Shown: positions 1-8,574 of the stretch, piece after piece
Layout: each line of letters begins with the position of its first letter
Position numbering within the stretch: position 1 is the first letter of the stretch
Assembly: GCA_030153785.1 (NCBI GenBank)
Contig: JASKLF010000001.1
Coordinates: 216,896 to 280,895 of the forward strand
DNA from: a bacterium
GTDB lineage: Bacteria; Synergistota; GBS-1
Length of the DNA: 64,000 nt
Direction: 5' to 3'
The notes under the pieces: model-generated
Database searches by the model: none
Told to the model about the DNA's origin: nothing
The model's input: the letters and a program-made list of their open reading frames with translations, nothing else
Program-made: the position numbers and the translations under genes

Positions 1-31
1 CCAACATCACAACGAACGCGATTAAACCCAT
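1..31 (-). CDS. dctM: TRAP transporter large permease DctM, 5' end only (continues past window start)
   Basis: The reverse complement of 1-45 reads GGGGAGGAAGGAAT-ATG-GGTTTAATCGCGTTCGTTGTGATGTTG. That is a strong SD, then M-G-L-I-A-F-V-V-M-L, a DctM-like hydrophobic N-terminus, directly downstream of dctQ. Confidence 0.4.
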   Translation of the reverse strand, partial: MGLIAFVVML

Positions 32-45
32 ATTCCTTCCTCCCC

Positions 46-543
46 TTATTTCCCGGTTTCGAGATTATTGAAGTAAAAGTTTTTAACCATCTCTATCAGA
101 CTCTGTATAGAGCGAATAACCGCCAAGAAAAACCCAACGATTGCCGAAAGATACACAAGATACATTGGTATCTCCATGGCAGGGCTTCTTTGCCCACTTT
201 TACGTATCATCTCCACAACAGGTATAGCCTTAATAAAGAGATATAAGAAAAAGACAAGAACAACTACCTCTATAGCTATCCTAAACCATCTTTTAATCCT
301 CAAAGGCATCGCTTCAACTAAAGAATCAACCCTCAATATGGTTTTTTTCCTTATACTGTACCCAATGCTTAAAAGCGAAGACCACACGAAGAGATATCTG
401 CAAAACTCTTCAGCCCATGATAGAGAAGCACCCACCACATAACGCATAAAGACCTGAAGCAGCATAACACAAGATATTAGCACCAATAAAAGTCCCAATA
501 TAAACTCCTCCAAATGCTGGTCTAACCACCTTATAACGTTCAC
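46..543 (-). CDS. dctQ: TRAP transporter small permease (DctQ family)
   Basis: 165 aa with 4 predicted TM segments and a DctQ-like sequence (LSWAEEFCRYLFVWSSLLSIGYS). It is followed by a DctM start. Confidence 0.8.
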   Translation of the reverse strand: MNVIRWLDQHLEEFILGLLLVLISCVMLLQVFMRYVVGASLSWAEEFCRYLFVWSSLLSIGYSIRKKTILRVDSLVEAMPLRIKRWFRIAIEVVVLVFFLYLFIKAIPVVEMIRKSGQRSPAMEIPMYLVYLSAIVGFFLAVIRSIQSLIEMVKNFYFNNLETGK

Positions 544-609
544 CCTATATCCCTCCTTAAAGAAGACAGGGTGGTAAAGGGCTATTTACCCTTTACCACC
601 AACTTATTC

Positions 610-984
610 TTAACTTCCTCCTTCTTCCTTTCTGTGACTTTTGAGCTGTGGGGAATATATCCATATAAACTTCAACGGTTCATCTCCAGTATTAACTATT
701 GAATGGTATTCCCCAGGAGGGTTGTAAATGCAAACGCCCGGTTCAAGAGGGATCTCCTCGTCCTTAGTTATAAACTTTCCCTTGCCTTGAAGAAATATCA
801 TTACCTCCTCTTCATTATCGTGTTTGTGTTCTGGAACCATACCACCCACATAAGTCTCGTTTATACCCACAGCTAAGTTTTTAGCCCCCACCGTCTTTTC
901 AGAAACCAATATCCACGATTTTCTTGGAGGCTCTCTGTATTCCCCTTCTACTTCGCTTATACGGATCACTTTGACCTTCGACAT
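610..984 (-). CDS. cupin domain protein
   Basis: 124 aa with a cupin_2 signature (HKHDNEEEVMIFLQGKG...GEYHSIVNTGDEPLKFI). Confidence 0.75.
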   Translation of the reverse strand: MSKVKVIRISEVEGEYREPPRKSWILVSEKTVGAKNLAVGINETYVGGMVPEHKHDNEEEVMIFLQGKGKFITKDEEIPLEPGVCIYNPPGEYHSIVNTGDEPLKFIWIYSPQLKSHRKEEGGS

Positions 985-999
985 TCCCCTACCCCCTTC

Positions 1000-2730
1000 T
1001 TAAAAGATATTAGGATCCATCTCAATTTCCCATATGCCTTCCAGTTCCTCCTGCGGTATATCAAAAACCACATTATGTGGCGGTAAAGGTTCCTCTCTCA
1101 TAAACTCGGGCATTCTCCTAAACTTCTCAGAGACCCCAGCAAGCTCGTTAAACTTCCTTTCCGTATCCAAAACCTCAACACCTATATGCTTAGCATCTTT
1201 GAAGCTTAAATCCCAACCATACCTTGCCTTAAACAAAGCCCCTAAAAGATCGGGATTTTTTATAAAGGCGGGCCTAATGAACAAACAAACACCCATCGAA
1301 TCTATCAGAGCTGCCCTAATTTGAAGCTGCCTTGAGATGCGAACCTGACCTTCCTTGGATAGAGGATCATGATATCTTACGGTTTCAAAGGCATTACCTG
1401 CCGTGTGGTCAGCACCCATCGTGGAGGTAGCATATAATACCCCATTCCCCTTCAGCCCCCTTGGGTCATATGCAGGAATGGCCTGTCCTTTAACGACTGG
1501 GACTCTCCTTACACCAAAGGCTTGTCCCGTAAAGGCAGCACCGTTTCCTATAATCCTTCCCAAATAAGTGCCTTCCCCTATCTGCCTAACCAAACTTTTT
1601 GCACCCTCAGCGTCACCAAACTCTATAACACCGGCTTCCATGGCAACACCTATAGCAGCTCCGATTTCAATGGTGTCAACCCCTACATCGTTGCAAAGTC
1701 TGTTAAGCTCCGCAACGGCATCTACATCTCCTATACCACAGTTAGGCCCTAACAGCACCACGCTTTCATACTGGAGAGTAGCAACTATCTTCTCTCCCTT
1801 CTCGTTTGGGAAAACATGGCTACACATAATGGTGCAGCTGGGCACACATTGAGTTCCACTTCTTCCACATCCTCCTCTTTTTCTTATAAGCTCGGCCACC
1901 GCAGGACCAGTGAAGTTATCAGCATACTCAAATTGGCCAGAGCTAAAGTTCCTTGTGGGCAAGAAACCTAACTTATTAACCATCTCCAAGATATCCAACG
2001 TTCCATATTTTCTTCTATTTTGGCTTTTAGGATCTTCCCTGAGTATCTTAGCTACTTCCTTAACCACTTCTTTTAATAATTCGGGGTCATGATAATCAGG
2101 CTCGACAACCTTAGAATCATCTATCACTATCGCCTTTATTCCCTTCGAACCCATTACCGCCCCCAAACCGCCTCTTGCCGCATATCTAACCTGCTCCAAC
2201 TTATCATCAGTAAGGGCTATACCTGCCCCATAAAGCTTCATCTCACCTGCAGGACCTATACATATGAAGCCTTTCCTTTCGCCGAATTCTTTTCTTAACA
2301 ATTCAAAGGTTTCACTAACCAACTTTCCTTTAAGATATGGAGCATCTATGAGCCTCGCTCCATCCGCATCAATATACAAAACCCTTGTTTGATCCCTTTC
2401 AGGAATATCTTCAAGAATAACCGCCTTTACACCTATTCTTGCCAGCTTCTTACCCGCACTACCACCCGAATTACACTCTTTGACCCCACCCGTAAGAGGA
2501 CTTTTACCTCCTATTGAAATTCTACCACTTGTACTCAAGTTTGTATCGGCAAAATAGCCAGAAGATATTATCAATTTATTATACCTTCCAAGGGGCTCAC
2601 AGGTTGGAGGAACCTCATCTAAGAGCACCTTGGCAATGTAATATCTACCTGCATATCTTCTCTCCTCTGGGGTAGCTATTGACTCTTTAATTTCCCCCGT
2701 TCTCGTATTAACCCTGATGATCCTCTTCAT
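1000..2730 (-). CDS. aor: aldehyde:ferredoxin oxidoreductase (tungsten-containing AOR family)
   Basis: 576 aa. The N-terminal AOR domain (KLIISSGYFADTNLSTSGRISIGGKSPLTGGVKECNSGGSAGKKL), the overall length, and the C-terminal AOR catalytic domain all fit the family. Confidence 0.85.
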   Translation of the reverse strand: MKRIIRVNTRTGEIKESIATPEERRYAGRYYIAKVLLDEVPPTCEPLGRYNKLIISSGYFADTNLSTSGRISIGGKSPLTGGVKECNSGGSAGKKLARIGVKAVILEDIPERDQTRVLYIDADGARLIDAPYLKGKLVSETFELLRKEFGERKGFICIGPAGEMKLYGAGIALTDDKLEQVRYAARGGLGAVMGSKGIKAIVIDDSKVVEPDYHDPELLKEVVKEVAKILREDPKSQNRRKYGTLDILEMVNKLGFLPTRNFSSGQFEYADNFTGPAVAELIRKRGGCGRSGTQCVPSCTIMCSHVFPNEKGEKIVATLQYESVVLLGPNCGIGDVDAVAELNRLCNDVGVDTIEIGAAIGVAMEAGVIEFGDAEGAKSLVRQIGEGTYLGRIIGNGAAFTGQAFGVRRVPVVKGQAIPAYDPRGLKGNGVLYATSTMGADHTAGNAFETVRYHDPLSKEGQVRISRQLQIRAALIDSMGVCLFIRPAFIKNPDLLGALFKARYGWDLSFKDAKHIGVEVLDTERKFNELAGVSEKFRRMPEFMREEPLPPHNVVFDIPQEELEGIWEIEMDPNIF

Positions 2731-2749
2731 TCATACTCCCCCCTCAAGT

Positions 2750-3796
2750 TCAGTTTAATCTAAGGCTTGAACCTACCTTTTCCAAAAGAGCGTTAATAGA
2801 GGAAGCCAACTTATCGTCCAATTCCACACCTTCTTCTCTGCTCCTTTTCTCCCTTCTAAACTCTATTTCACCAGGTATAAAGATTTTCTCCACCCCATGG
2901 GCTTTCTTAAGCCCCTTCACGGTCGCAAAGTAAACTTTCATTTTCTCCTTAAACTCATTTAAATCTATAAAACGCGACACATCTATAACTATACAGGAAG
3001 CCCCTACCCTCGTTGGACCCTCAAGGACATGGAAGGACTTAAGCTGATTCCCATAGCCAGAGCCAGCCAATAAACCGCAAATTATATCAACAGCCATCGC
3101 CAAAGCCGACCCCTTAGGGCCTCCTATAGGCATCAAAGTTCCCTTCAAAGCGGCCTCAGGATCGGTAGTAGGCCTCCCTTCGGCATCTAACGCCCAACCT
3201 TCAGGAATCTTCATGCCTTTCCTTTGAGCTTCTCTAATCTTTCCTCTTGCAACAACGCTTGTTGCCATATCCATGGTAAAATTCATTCCATCCCCCGGAA
3301 TTGAAAGAGCTATCGGATTCGTCCCCAAAAACTTTTCAGCGGCTCCCCATGGAGCCATCGCGGGAGCAGCATTAGAAGCCATAATTGCTATCATGCCGTT
3401 GTCAGCAGCTTTTTCGGTATAACAGCCTAAGCAACCAACATTATTAGTATTTCTTATCAGGGATATCCCTATACCATACTCCTTGGCCTTCTCGATGGCC
3501 TTCTCCAAAGCAAAATAACCAGCTACCATGCCTATACCATCTTTACCATCTATAAGAACGGTAGCATCTTTTTCCGATAAAACTTCGACCTCCGTAGGAA
3601 GCCTCAATTGCCCACCATCAACACGCATGGCTATCACATTCAGTAGATAGACGCCATGCGTTGAAATGCCTCTCATATCAGCCTTTACCAATATTTCGGC
3701 AATCTTTTTAGCATTCGCTTCAGTTTCCCCCAATCCCACCAAAATCTCTTCAACTGCAAGAATAAGCTTGTCAACTTCAACCTTCAAGTCCAGCAA
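2750..3796 (-). CDS. Ldh_2 family oxidoreductase (malate/L-lactate/L-sulfolactate/ureidoglycolate dehydrogenase family)
   Basis: 348 aa. Ldh_2 signature motifs are present: GISTHGVYLLNV, IRNTNNVGCLGCY, NPIALSIPG. Confidence 0.75.
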   Translation of the reverse strand: MLDLKVEVDKLILAVEEILVGLGETEANAKKIAEILVKADMRGISTHGVYLLNVIAMRVDGGQLRLPTEVEVLSEKDATVLIDGKDGIGMVAGYFALEKAIEKAKEYGIGISLIRNTNNVGCLGCYTEKAADNGMIAIMASNAAPAMAPWGAAEKFLGTNPIALSIPGDGMNFTMDMATSVVARGKIREAQRKGMKIPEGWALDAEGRPTTDPEAALKGTLMPIGGPKGSALAMAVDIICGLLAGSGYGNQLKSFHVLEGPTRVGASCIVIDVSRFIDLNEFKEKMKVYFATVKGLKKAHGVEKIFIPGEIEFRREKRSREEGVELDDKLASSINALLEKVGSSLRLN

Positions 3797-3816
3797 CCCC
3801 CTTTTTTAAAGAGCGT

Positions 3817-4530
3817 TTACTCTTCCTTCAAGCCGAGTCTATCCAAAACTTCACGAAGATTGTTATAGTCTACACTCGAAACGCCGGTTTTAAGAACCTC
3901 CCTCTTTTTCTCCTCATTAGCCACCCTCTTTAAGGCTTTTTCCAGTACATCTTTAGCATCCTCTTTCTTAACGATTACAATCCCGTCGTTGTCTCCCAGC
4001 ACTATATCACCCGGATTAACAACCACACCTCCAAGGGTTATGGGGTAATTTATCAAGCCTAAAATTTCCTTAGTAGTTCCCCTTATAGAAAATCCTCTGC
4101 AAAACACGGGAAATTCCATCTTCACTATCTCCTCAGAATCCCTTATACAACCATCTATTACCAAGCCTGCTATGCCTCTTGCCAAAGCCGAAACCGTCAT
4201 CAGCTCTCCCCAATAGCCGTATTCATAAGCGCCACCTGTGACAGCAACTATAACATCTCCTTCCTGAGCAACTTCCAAGGCCTTATGAAGCATCAGATTA
4301 TCCCCCGGTCCACATTGAACTGTAACAGCCGTTCCACAAACTTTGATACCCCAATATGCCGGCCTTATAAGGTTAGAGACAGCTCCTTTACGCCCTGAGG
4401 CTTCGTAAACGGTTGCCGACGAAAGCTCACTAAAAGCCCTTACAAGCTCCCTTTCTGGCCTTTCAAAACCTCTTCTAACGTGAATCATTAAACCCCTTAC
4501 CCCCCATCTATTTAAGATTAACCTCCACAC
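3817..4530 (-). CDS. RraA family protein (4-hydroxy-2-oxoacid aldolase / oxaloacetate decarboxylase family)
   Basis: The RraA/MenG-like fold sequence is present (VYEASGRKGAVSNLIRPAYWGIKVCGTAVTV...GELMTVSALARGIAGLVIDGCIRD). The true start is probably the internal Met of MIHVRRGF at about 4488. Confidence 0.75.
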   Translation of the reverse strand: MWRLILNRWGVRGLMIHVRRGFERPERELVRAFSELSSATVYEASGRKGAVSNLIRPAYWGIKVCGTAVTVQCGPGDNLMLHKALEVAQEGDVIVAVTGGAYEYGYWGELMTVSALARGIAGLVIDGCIRDSEEIVKMEFPVFCRGFSIRGTTKEILGLINYPITLGGVVVNPGDIVLGDNDGIVIVKKEDAKDVLEKALKRVANEEKKREVLKTGVSSVDYNNLREVLDRLGLKEE

Positions 4531-4736
4531 ATGGCAACGAACAGATGAATCTCGTCTCCATCCTTTATCTCCTCATTGACATCTATCCTAAAAGAATCAC
4601 GAACGAAAACGATGTCTTCCCACCATTCCTTCTCTATTCCCGCTCTCTTAAGCAAACATTTGAGGGGAAGCGGTCTCTCTATCGAGATTTGCGAAGTAAA
4701 CCTACTTAAAATTCCATGTCCTACTATCCTAACCAT
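4518..4736 (-). CDS. MoaD/ThiS family sulfur-carrier-like protein
   Basis: 72 aa ending ...DGDEIHLFVAMCGG*. The C-terminal Gly-Gly and beta-grasp size fit the family. It is the first gene of the AOR operon. Confidence 0.55.
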   Translation of the reverse strand: MVRIVGHGILSRFTSQISIERPLPLKCLLKRAGIEKEWWEDIVFVRDSFRIDVNEEIKDGDEIHLFVAMCGG

Positions 4737-4901
4737 CTTGATCTCTCACTTATATTGTAATTGCTAAGACTATGTAAAGTCAATGAGTTTTATGCCAAAA
4801 AATAAAAGTTACTTCCATATAGTGGAAGACAAAAGAGGAGAAAAAACAATGATGAGCCTTTACCTAAGGAGGTTCCTTTAAAAATTATTTGCTGTGGAAG
4901 G

Positions 4902-5351
4902 TTAATTCCCGATAGGTTGAACCATCCCTATAAATATGTGCTCTCTGCCGAGGCTTCCATAATAGGCATGAAGAGTTGCTTTGTGAACCATTAACTCCAT
5001 AAAGTTACCTCTCAGTATCGCAGGATAAGGAACAACCTGCTCGGATATGGGTTTAGTCAAATCCAGTGAAAGCTTTCTTGCCTTATTTACGAGCTCTATT
5101 TCACTTATTAAGGATTCGTCACAATTCAATTCAGAAGCAACCATCCTTTTAAGCAGTTCCTTAGAAAACGCAATTATCAAGCCATCTCCTTTCTTAAGCC
5201 CCATAAAAACCACAATCTCAGGCAAGTTACAACCGTAAGATTCACCGGAACTTTCCACCCTCTCCCACAAAACACCATCAAGAAGCTTGCCTACTTCTTC
5301 TTTGAGCTTTTCTAACATTAACTTATCCCCCCTTGAGAAGCTCTCTCGCAT
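4902..5351 (-). CDS. hypothetical protein
   Basis: 149 aa ORF downstream of recN. It overlaps the recN stop, so the likely start is MLEKLKEE at about 5318. No confident family assignment. Confidence 0.4.
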   Translation of the reverse strand: MRESFSRGDKLMLEKLKEEVGKLLDGVLWERVESSGESYGCNLPEIVVFMGLKKGDGLIIAFSKELLKRMVASELNCDESLISEIELVNKARKLSLDLTKPISEQVVPYPAILRGNFMELMVHKATLHAYYGSLGREHIFIGMVQPIGN

Positions 5352-6942
5352 GCTCTAAAGCAATTTCAGAAACCTTACCCGAAAGCATTCTTGCTAATTC
5401 CCTTATCCTCTCTTCTCCTTTAAGAAGCTTAACTCTGCTTTTAACTTTCCCGCCTTCCACTACCTTGTCGACGAAGTAATGATGATCTGCCCTTGAAGCT
5501 ATAGAAGCAAGATGAGTAATGCATATAACCTGTCTCTTTTCGGATAATTTCTTTATCTCGTATCCAAGCATGTTAGCTACATCTCCACCTATCCCCACAT
5601 CTATTTCATCAAATATTAGCGTAGGAACTGCGTAATTCTGAGCAATCGCACATTTCAAAGCAAAACTTAAGCGAGATATCTCCCCACCAGAAGCTATCAG
5701 GTTTATCTTTCTTAACTCGTCCTGCGGGGAAGGAGACATTAAGAAGCTAACCTTATCAAACCCTTTTATCCCGAGCTCTCCCTTCTCTATTCCGATTTTG
5801 AAAACGATATTACCCATTGCAAGCTTTTCCAATATCCTTTTAACCTCCGACTCAAGAAGAGAAGCACATCTTTTTCTCTCTTCCGAAATTCTTTCTCCCA
5901 AGGAACAAAGGAGTTTATAAAGCTCGTTTACCCTTTCCTTCAATGAGTAAACTTCGTTATCCAAATTGCCAATCTTCTGCAATTCCTCCTTCCAGCGGGA
6001 GGCAAGTTCTAAGAGTTCTGAAACAGTATTAACTCCGTGTTTTCTCTTTAGCCTTCTTATCAAGGAAAGCCGTTCCTCCACTAAGTCCAGATTTCCCTCC
6101 TCAAAGGTTAGGGATTCAAGCTTCCTATAAAGGGCGCTTGAAATATCCTTAAGAATAAGAAGAAAGGACTGTATATCTTTAGAGATCTGAGAAATATCTG
6201 CTTCGTATCTACCTATCTTTTCAAGGACCGTCAAAAACTCGCCACACTTATCCAGTATTCCTCCGCTCCATCCTTCTCCCTCAAGTAAATGCAAGGCCTC
6301 CTTCAAATGAGATTTAAGCTCTTCAAGGTTCAATAACTTTTCTCTCTTAGATAAGAGCTCTTCCTCCTCACCAACCTCCAAAGAAGCCTTTTCAATTTCT
6401 TCAAGATAGAAAGAGATTTCTTCCCTCCTCCTCCGTAATTCCTCTTCGTCCTTACGTAGTTCCTCGAGCTTCCTCGATGATTCTAAATACTCCCTGTAAA
6501 GGCGTTCATACTCGTCTAACAGAGCTTTAATCGTGCTACCTCCGTATCTATCAAGAGCATCGAGCTGATTACTTTCCTTTAATACCCAACCATATTCAAG
6601 CTGGCTATGAATCTCAAATAAACTTGGTCCCAGCTCTTTCAGGAAGTTGATGGGAACTCCCCTACCCTGATAGAAGGCTCTACTTCTTCCCCCTGAAAGA
6701 ACCTCCCTCCTTAATATAACTTCCTCACCATCGATTTCGAAAATAGCTTCTACTTCTGCCCTTTCCGCTCCACTCTTTATCACATCTTCTCCAGCCCTTT
6801 TGCCTAAAAGAAGGGACAAAGCGCCAACGATAATGGATTTACCAGCACCGGTTTCCCCCGTTAGAACAGTTAAACCTGGATGAAACTCCATCTCAAGCTC
6901 CTCAATTATGGCAAAGTTCTTAATTCTGAGTTCCCTAATCAC
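5323..6942 (-). CDS. recN: DNA repair protein RecN
   Basis: 539 aa. The N-terminus (MIRELRIKNFAIIEELEMEFHPGLTVLTGETGAGKSI) is a Walker A motif. The protein also has an SMC-like coiled coil and a C-terminal signature motif. Confidence 0.9.
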   Translation of the reverse strand: MIRELRIKNFAIIEELEMEFHPGLTVLTGETGAGKSIIVGALSLLLGKRAGEDVIKSGAERAEVEAIFEIDGEEVILRREVLSGGRSRAFYQGRGVPINFLKELGPSLFEIHSQLEYGWVLKESNQLDALDRYGGSTIKALLDEYERLYREYLESSRKLEELRKDEEELRRRREEISFYLEEIEKASLEVGEEEELLSKREKLLNLEELKSHLKEALHLLEGEGWSGGILDKCGEFLTVLEKIGRYEADISQISKDIQSFLLILKDISSALYRKLESLTFEEGNLDLVEERLSLIRRLKRKHGVNTVSELLELASRWKEELQKIGNLDNEVYSLKERVNELYKLLCSLGERISEERKRCASLLESEVKRILEKLAMGNIVFKIGIEKGELGIKGFDKVSFLMSPSPQDELRKINLIASGGEISRLSFALKCAIAQNYAVPTLIFDEIDVGIGGDVANMLGYEIKKLSEKRQVICITHLASIASRADHHYFVDKVVEGGKVKSRVKLLKGEERIRELARMLSGKVSEIALEHARELLKGG

Positions 6943-7612
6943 CTGGGATCACTCCAAGCTTAAGCTTTTTTCTTAAAAGTTCGAAAAAGCTCCTCCCCTT
7001 AAAGGTTATTATCTTAGCTGAAAATGGCGCCTTTCCTATAAGAATCTCATCACCAGGAAACACCTTAAAACCTGCCTGTCCATCTTGCGTCAACATGATA
7101 TCTTCGTGATCCGCCCCTAAAACGATTTTAATCGAGGAGGAAGAAGGTATTATAATAGGTCTCGCATAAAATGTGTGAGGACATATGGGAGTCAAAACTA
7201 TGCCCGGTAATGCGGGATGCAAAATCGGTCCACCCGCTGAGAGAGAATAAGCCGTAGAGCCGGTAGGGGTAGCCACGATTAAACCATCAGCAGGATAAGA
7301 AGTAAAATACTCCCCATCTATATAAACTGTAAGAGTTATCAATCTTGCAAAGGCTCCCTTCATAATGACAAACTCGTTCAATGCATAAAGAAGATGCCCT
7401 TTGAATTTAGCCTCAAGCATCATTCTCTCGTCTATCTCGAACTTCCCTTCCAATATCTTAGATAATGCTATTTCCAGGGTAGAAATGCTCTCGGAAGCCA
7501 AAAAGCCAAGTCGACCTAAATTTATTCCAAGCATAAGAACACCGTATGGAGCAAGGAGCCTTGAAGCCTTAAGAAAAGTTCCATCTCCCCCTACTATAAG
7601 GGCTATCTTCAC
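6935..7612 (-). CDS. nadK: NAD+ kinase. The conserved N-terminus extends upstream of the annotated GTG, to about 7790.
   Basis: The GGDGT motif, NE/DG motifs and TPTGSTAYSLSAGGP are present. The upstream in-frame sequence GLIVNPQKGESAREIGYGILSWFESKGIKPFLTKEGGAFLG is a typical NadK N-terminus but has no ATG/GTG/TTG (see findings). Confidence 0.85.
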   Translation of the reverse strand: MKIALIVGGDGTFLKASRLLAPYGVLMLGINLGRLGFLASESISTLEIALSKILEGKFEIDERMMLEAKFKGHLLYALNEFVIMKGAFARLITLTVYIDGEYFTSYPADGLIVATPTGSTAYSLSAGGPILHPALPGIVLTPICPHTFYARPIIIPSSSSIKIVLGADHEDIMLTQDGQAGFKVFPGDEILIGKAPFSAKIITFKGRSFFELLRKKLKLGVIPGD

Positions 7613-7770
7613 CCTTCTTGCAAATTCAAGGTCATCTAAAGAAAGATCTTCTCTTCCTAAAAAAGCTCCCCCCTCCTTGGTTAAAAAGGGTTTTATCCCT
7701 TTACTTTCGAACCAAGAAAGTATCCCATAGCCTATTTCCCGAGCCGATTCTCCCTTTTGAGGATTGACTA

Positions 7771-8574
7771 TTAATCCCCAAGAGTTGCGTGGGCAAATTC
7801 TACTATCGATGATATCATCTCCTTTCTAAAATTCCCTCTCCTAAAACCCACGTATAAAAGAAACTCAATGTTACCTTCAGGCCCTTTTATGGGAGAAAAG
7901 GTCAGGTCCAATGGAAACAGTTCTAACTCCTCGTCAACGAAAGTAACTATTTCTTCTATGACTTCTATATGAACCCGCTTATCCCTGACAACGCCACCCT
8001 TGACTTTTTGACGCCCCGCTTCAAATTGAGGTTTAATAAGAACAACCCCTTCCGATTCTCCCTTTTTAAGAACCCTTTCAACCGGGGGTAAGACCTTCTT
8101 AACGGAAATAAAAGAAAGGTCCATTGCAAAGAAATCGACCTTTTCAGGGATAACTTTCTCATCCAAATATCTTGCATTAAAGCGCTCTATGGGCACCACC
8201 CTCGGGTTAATCCTCAAACTCCAGTGAAGCTGTCCATACCCGACATCCACAGCATAAACTTTAAAAGCTCCCTCTTTAAGCATACAATCGGTAAAGCCCC
8301 CTGTTGATGCCCCCACATCCAAGCAAATCTTATCTTTAAGGACTATCCCAAATTCATCTATCGCCTTCTTAAGCTTCAATCCTCCCCTGCTTACATAGGG
8401 ACAAACCTCTCCTTTAACCTCTATACTTGCATTCTCAGGGACCTTTTCCCCCGCTTTGTCTATCCTTCTTCCGTCAACAAAGACTATGCCAGCCATAAGG
8501 GCACGCTGAGCTTTCTCTCTGCTTTCGAAAAAGCCTCTCGTTACAAGTAGCTTATCGATTCTCTCTTTCCTCAA
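7771..8574 (-). CDS. tlyA: TlyA family rRNA 2'-O-methyltransferase (hemolysin A-like)
   Basis: It has an S4 domain (LLVTRGFFESREKAQRALMAGIV) and an FtsJ-like MTase domain (VDVGASTGGFTDCML). The probable TTG start is at 8574, with GAGGAG 10 nt upstream. The longer ORF reaching 8613 overlaps the dxs 3' end. Confidence 0.8.
   Translation of the reverse strand: MRKERIDKLLVTRGFFESREKAQRALMAGIVFVDGRRIDKAGEKVPENASIEVKGEVCPYVSRGGLKLKKAIDEFGIVLKDKICLDVGASTGGFTDCMLKEGAFKVYAVDVGYGQLHWSLRINPRVVPIERFNARYLDEKVIPEKVDFFAMDLSFISVKKVLPPVERVLKKGESEGVVLIKPQFEAGRQKVKGGVVRDKRVHIEVIEEIVTFVDEELELFPLDLTFSPIKGPEGNIEFLLYVGFRRGNFRKEMISSIVEFAHATLGD

Noticed and set aside
1034-2298. Several 60-96 aa plus-strand ORFs (1034..1324, 1522..1752, 1568..1852, 1910..2092, 2089..2298) inside the AOR gene
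   Set aside because: They lie entirely within the well-supported 576-aa AOR ORF on the opposite strand. Their products are low-complexity with no start context. They are typical antisense shadow ORFs. The same holds for the many other short opposite-strand ORFs in the track (for example 9228..9542, 28004..28390, 29514..30157, 58207..59160).
4737-4901. Small ORF (MMSLYLRRFL, about 4828-4860) and short hairpin CTTCCAtatagTGGAAG in the recN / moaD-like intergenic region
   Set aside because: The ORF is 10 codons with no support. The hairpin is only 6 bp with no U-tract. The region is more likely just the promoter or leader of the AOR operon.
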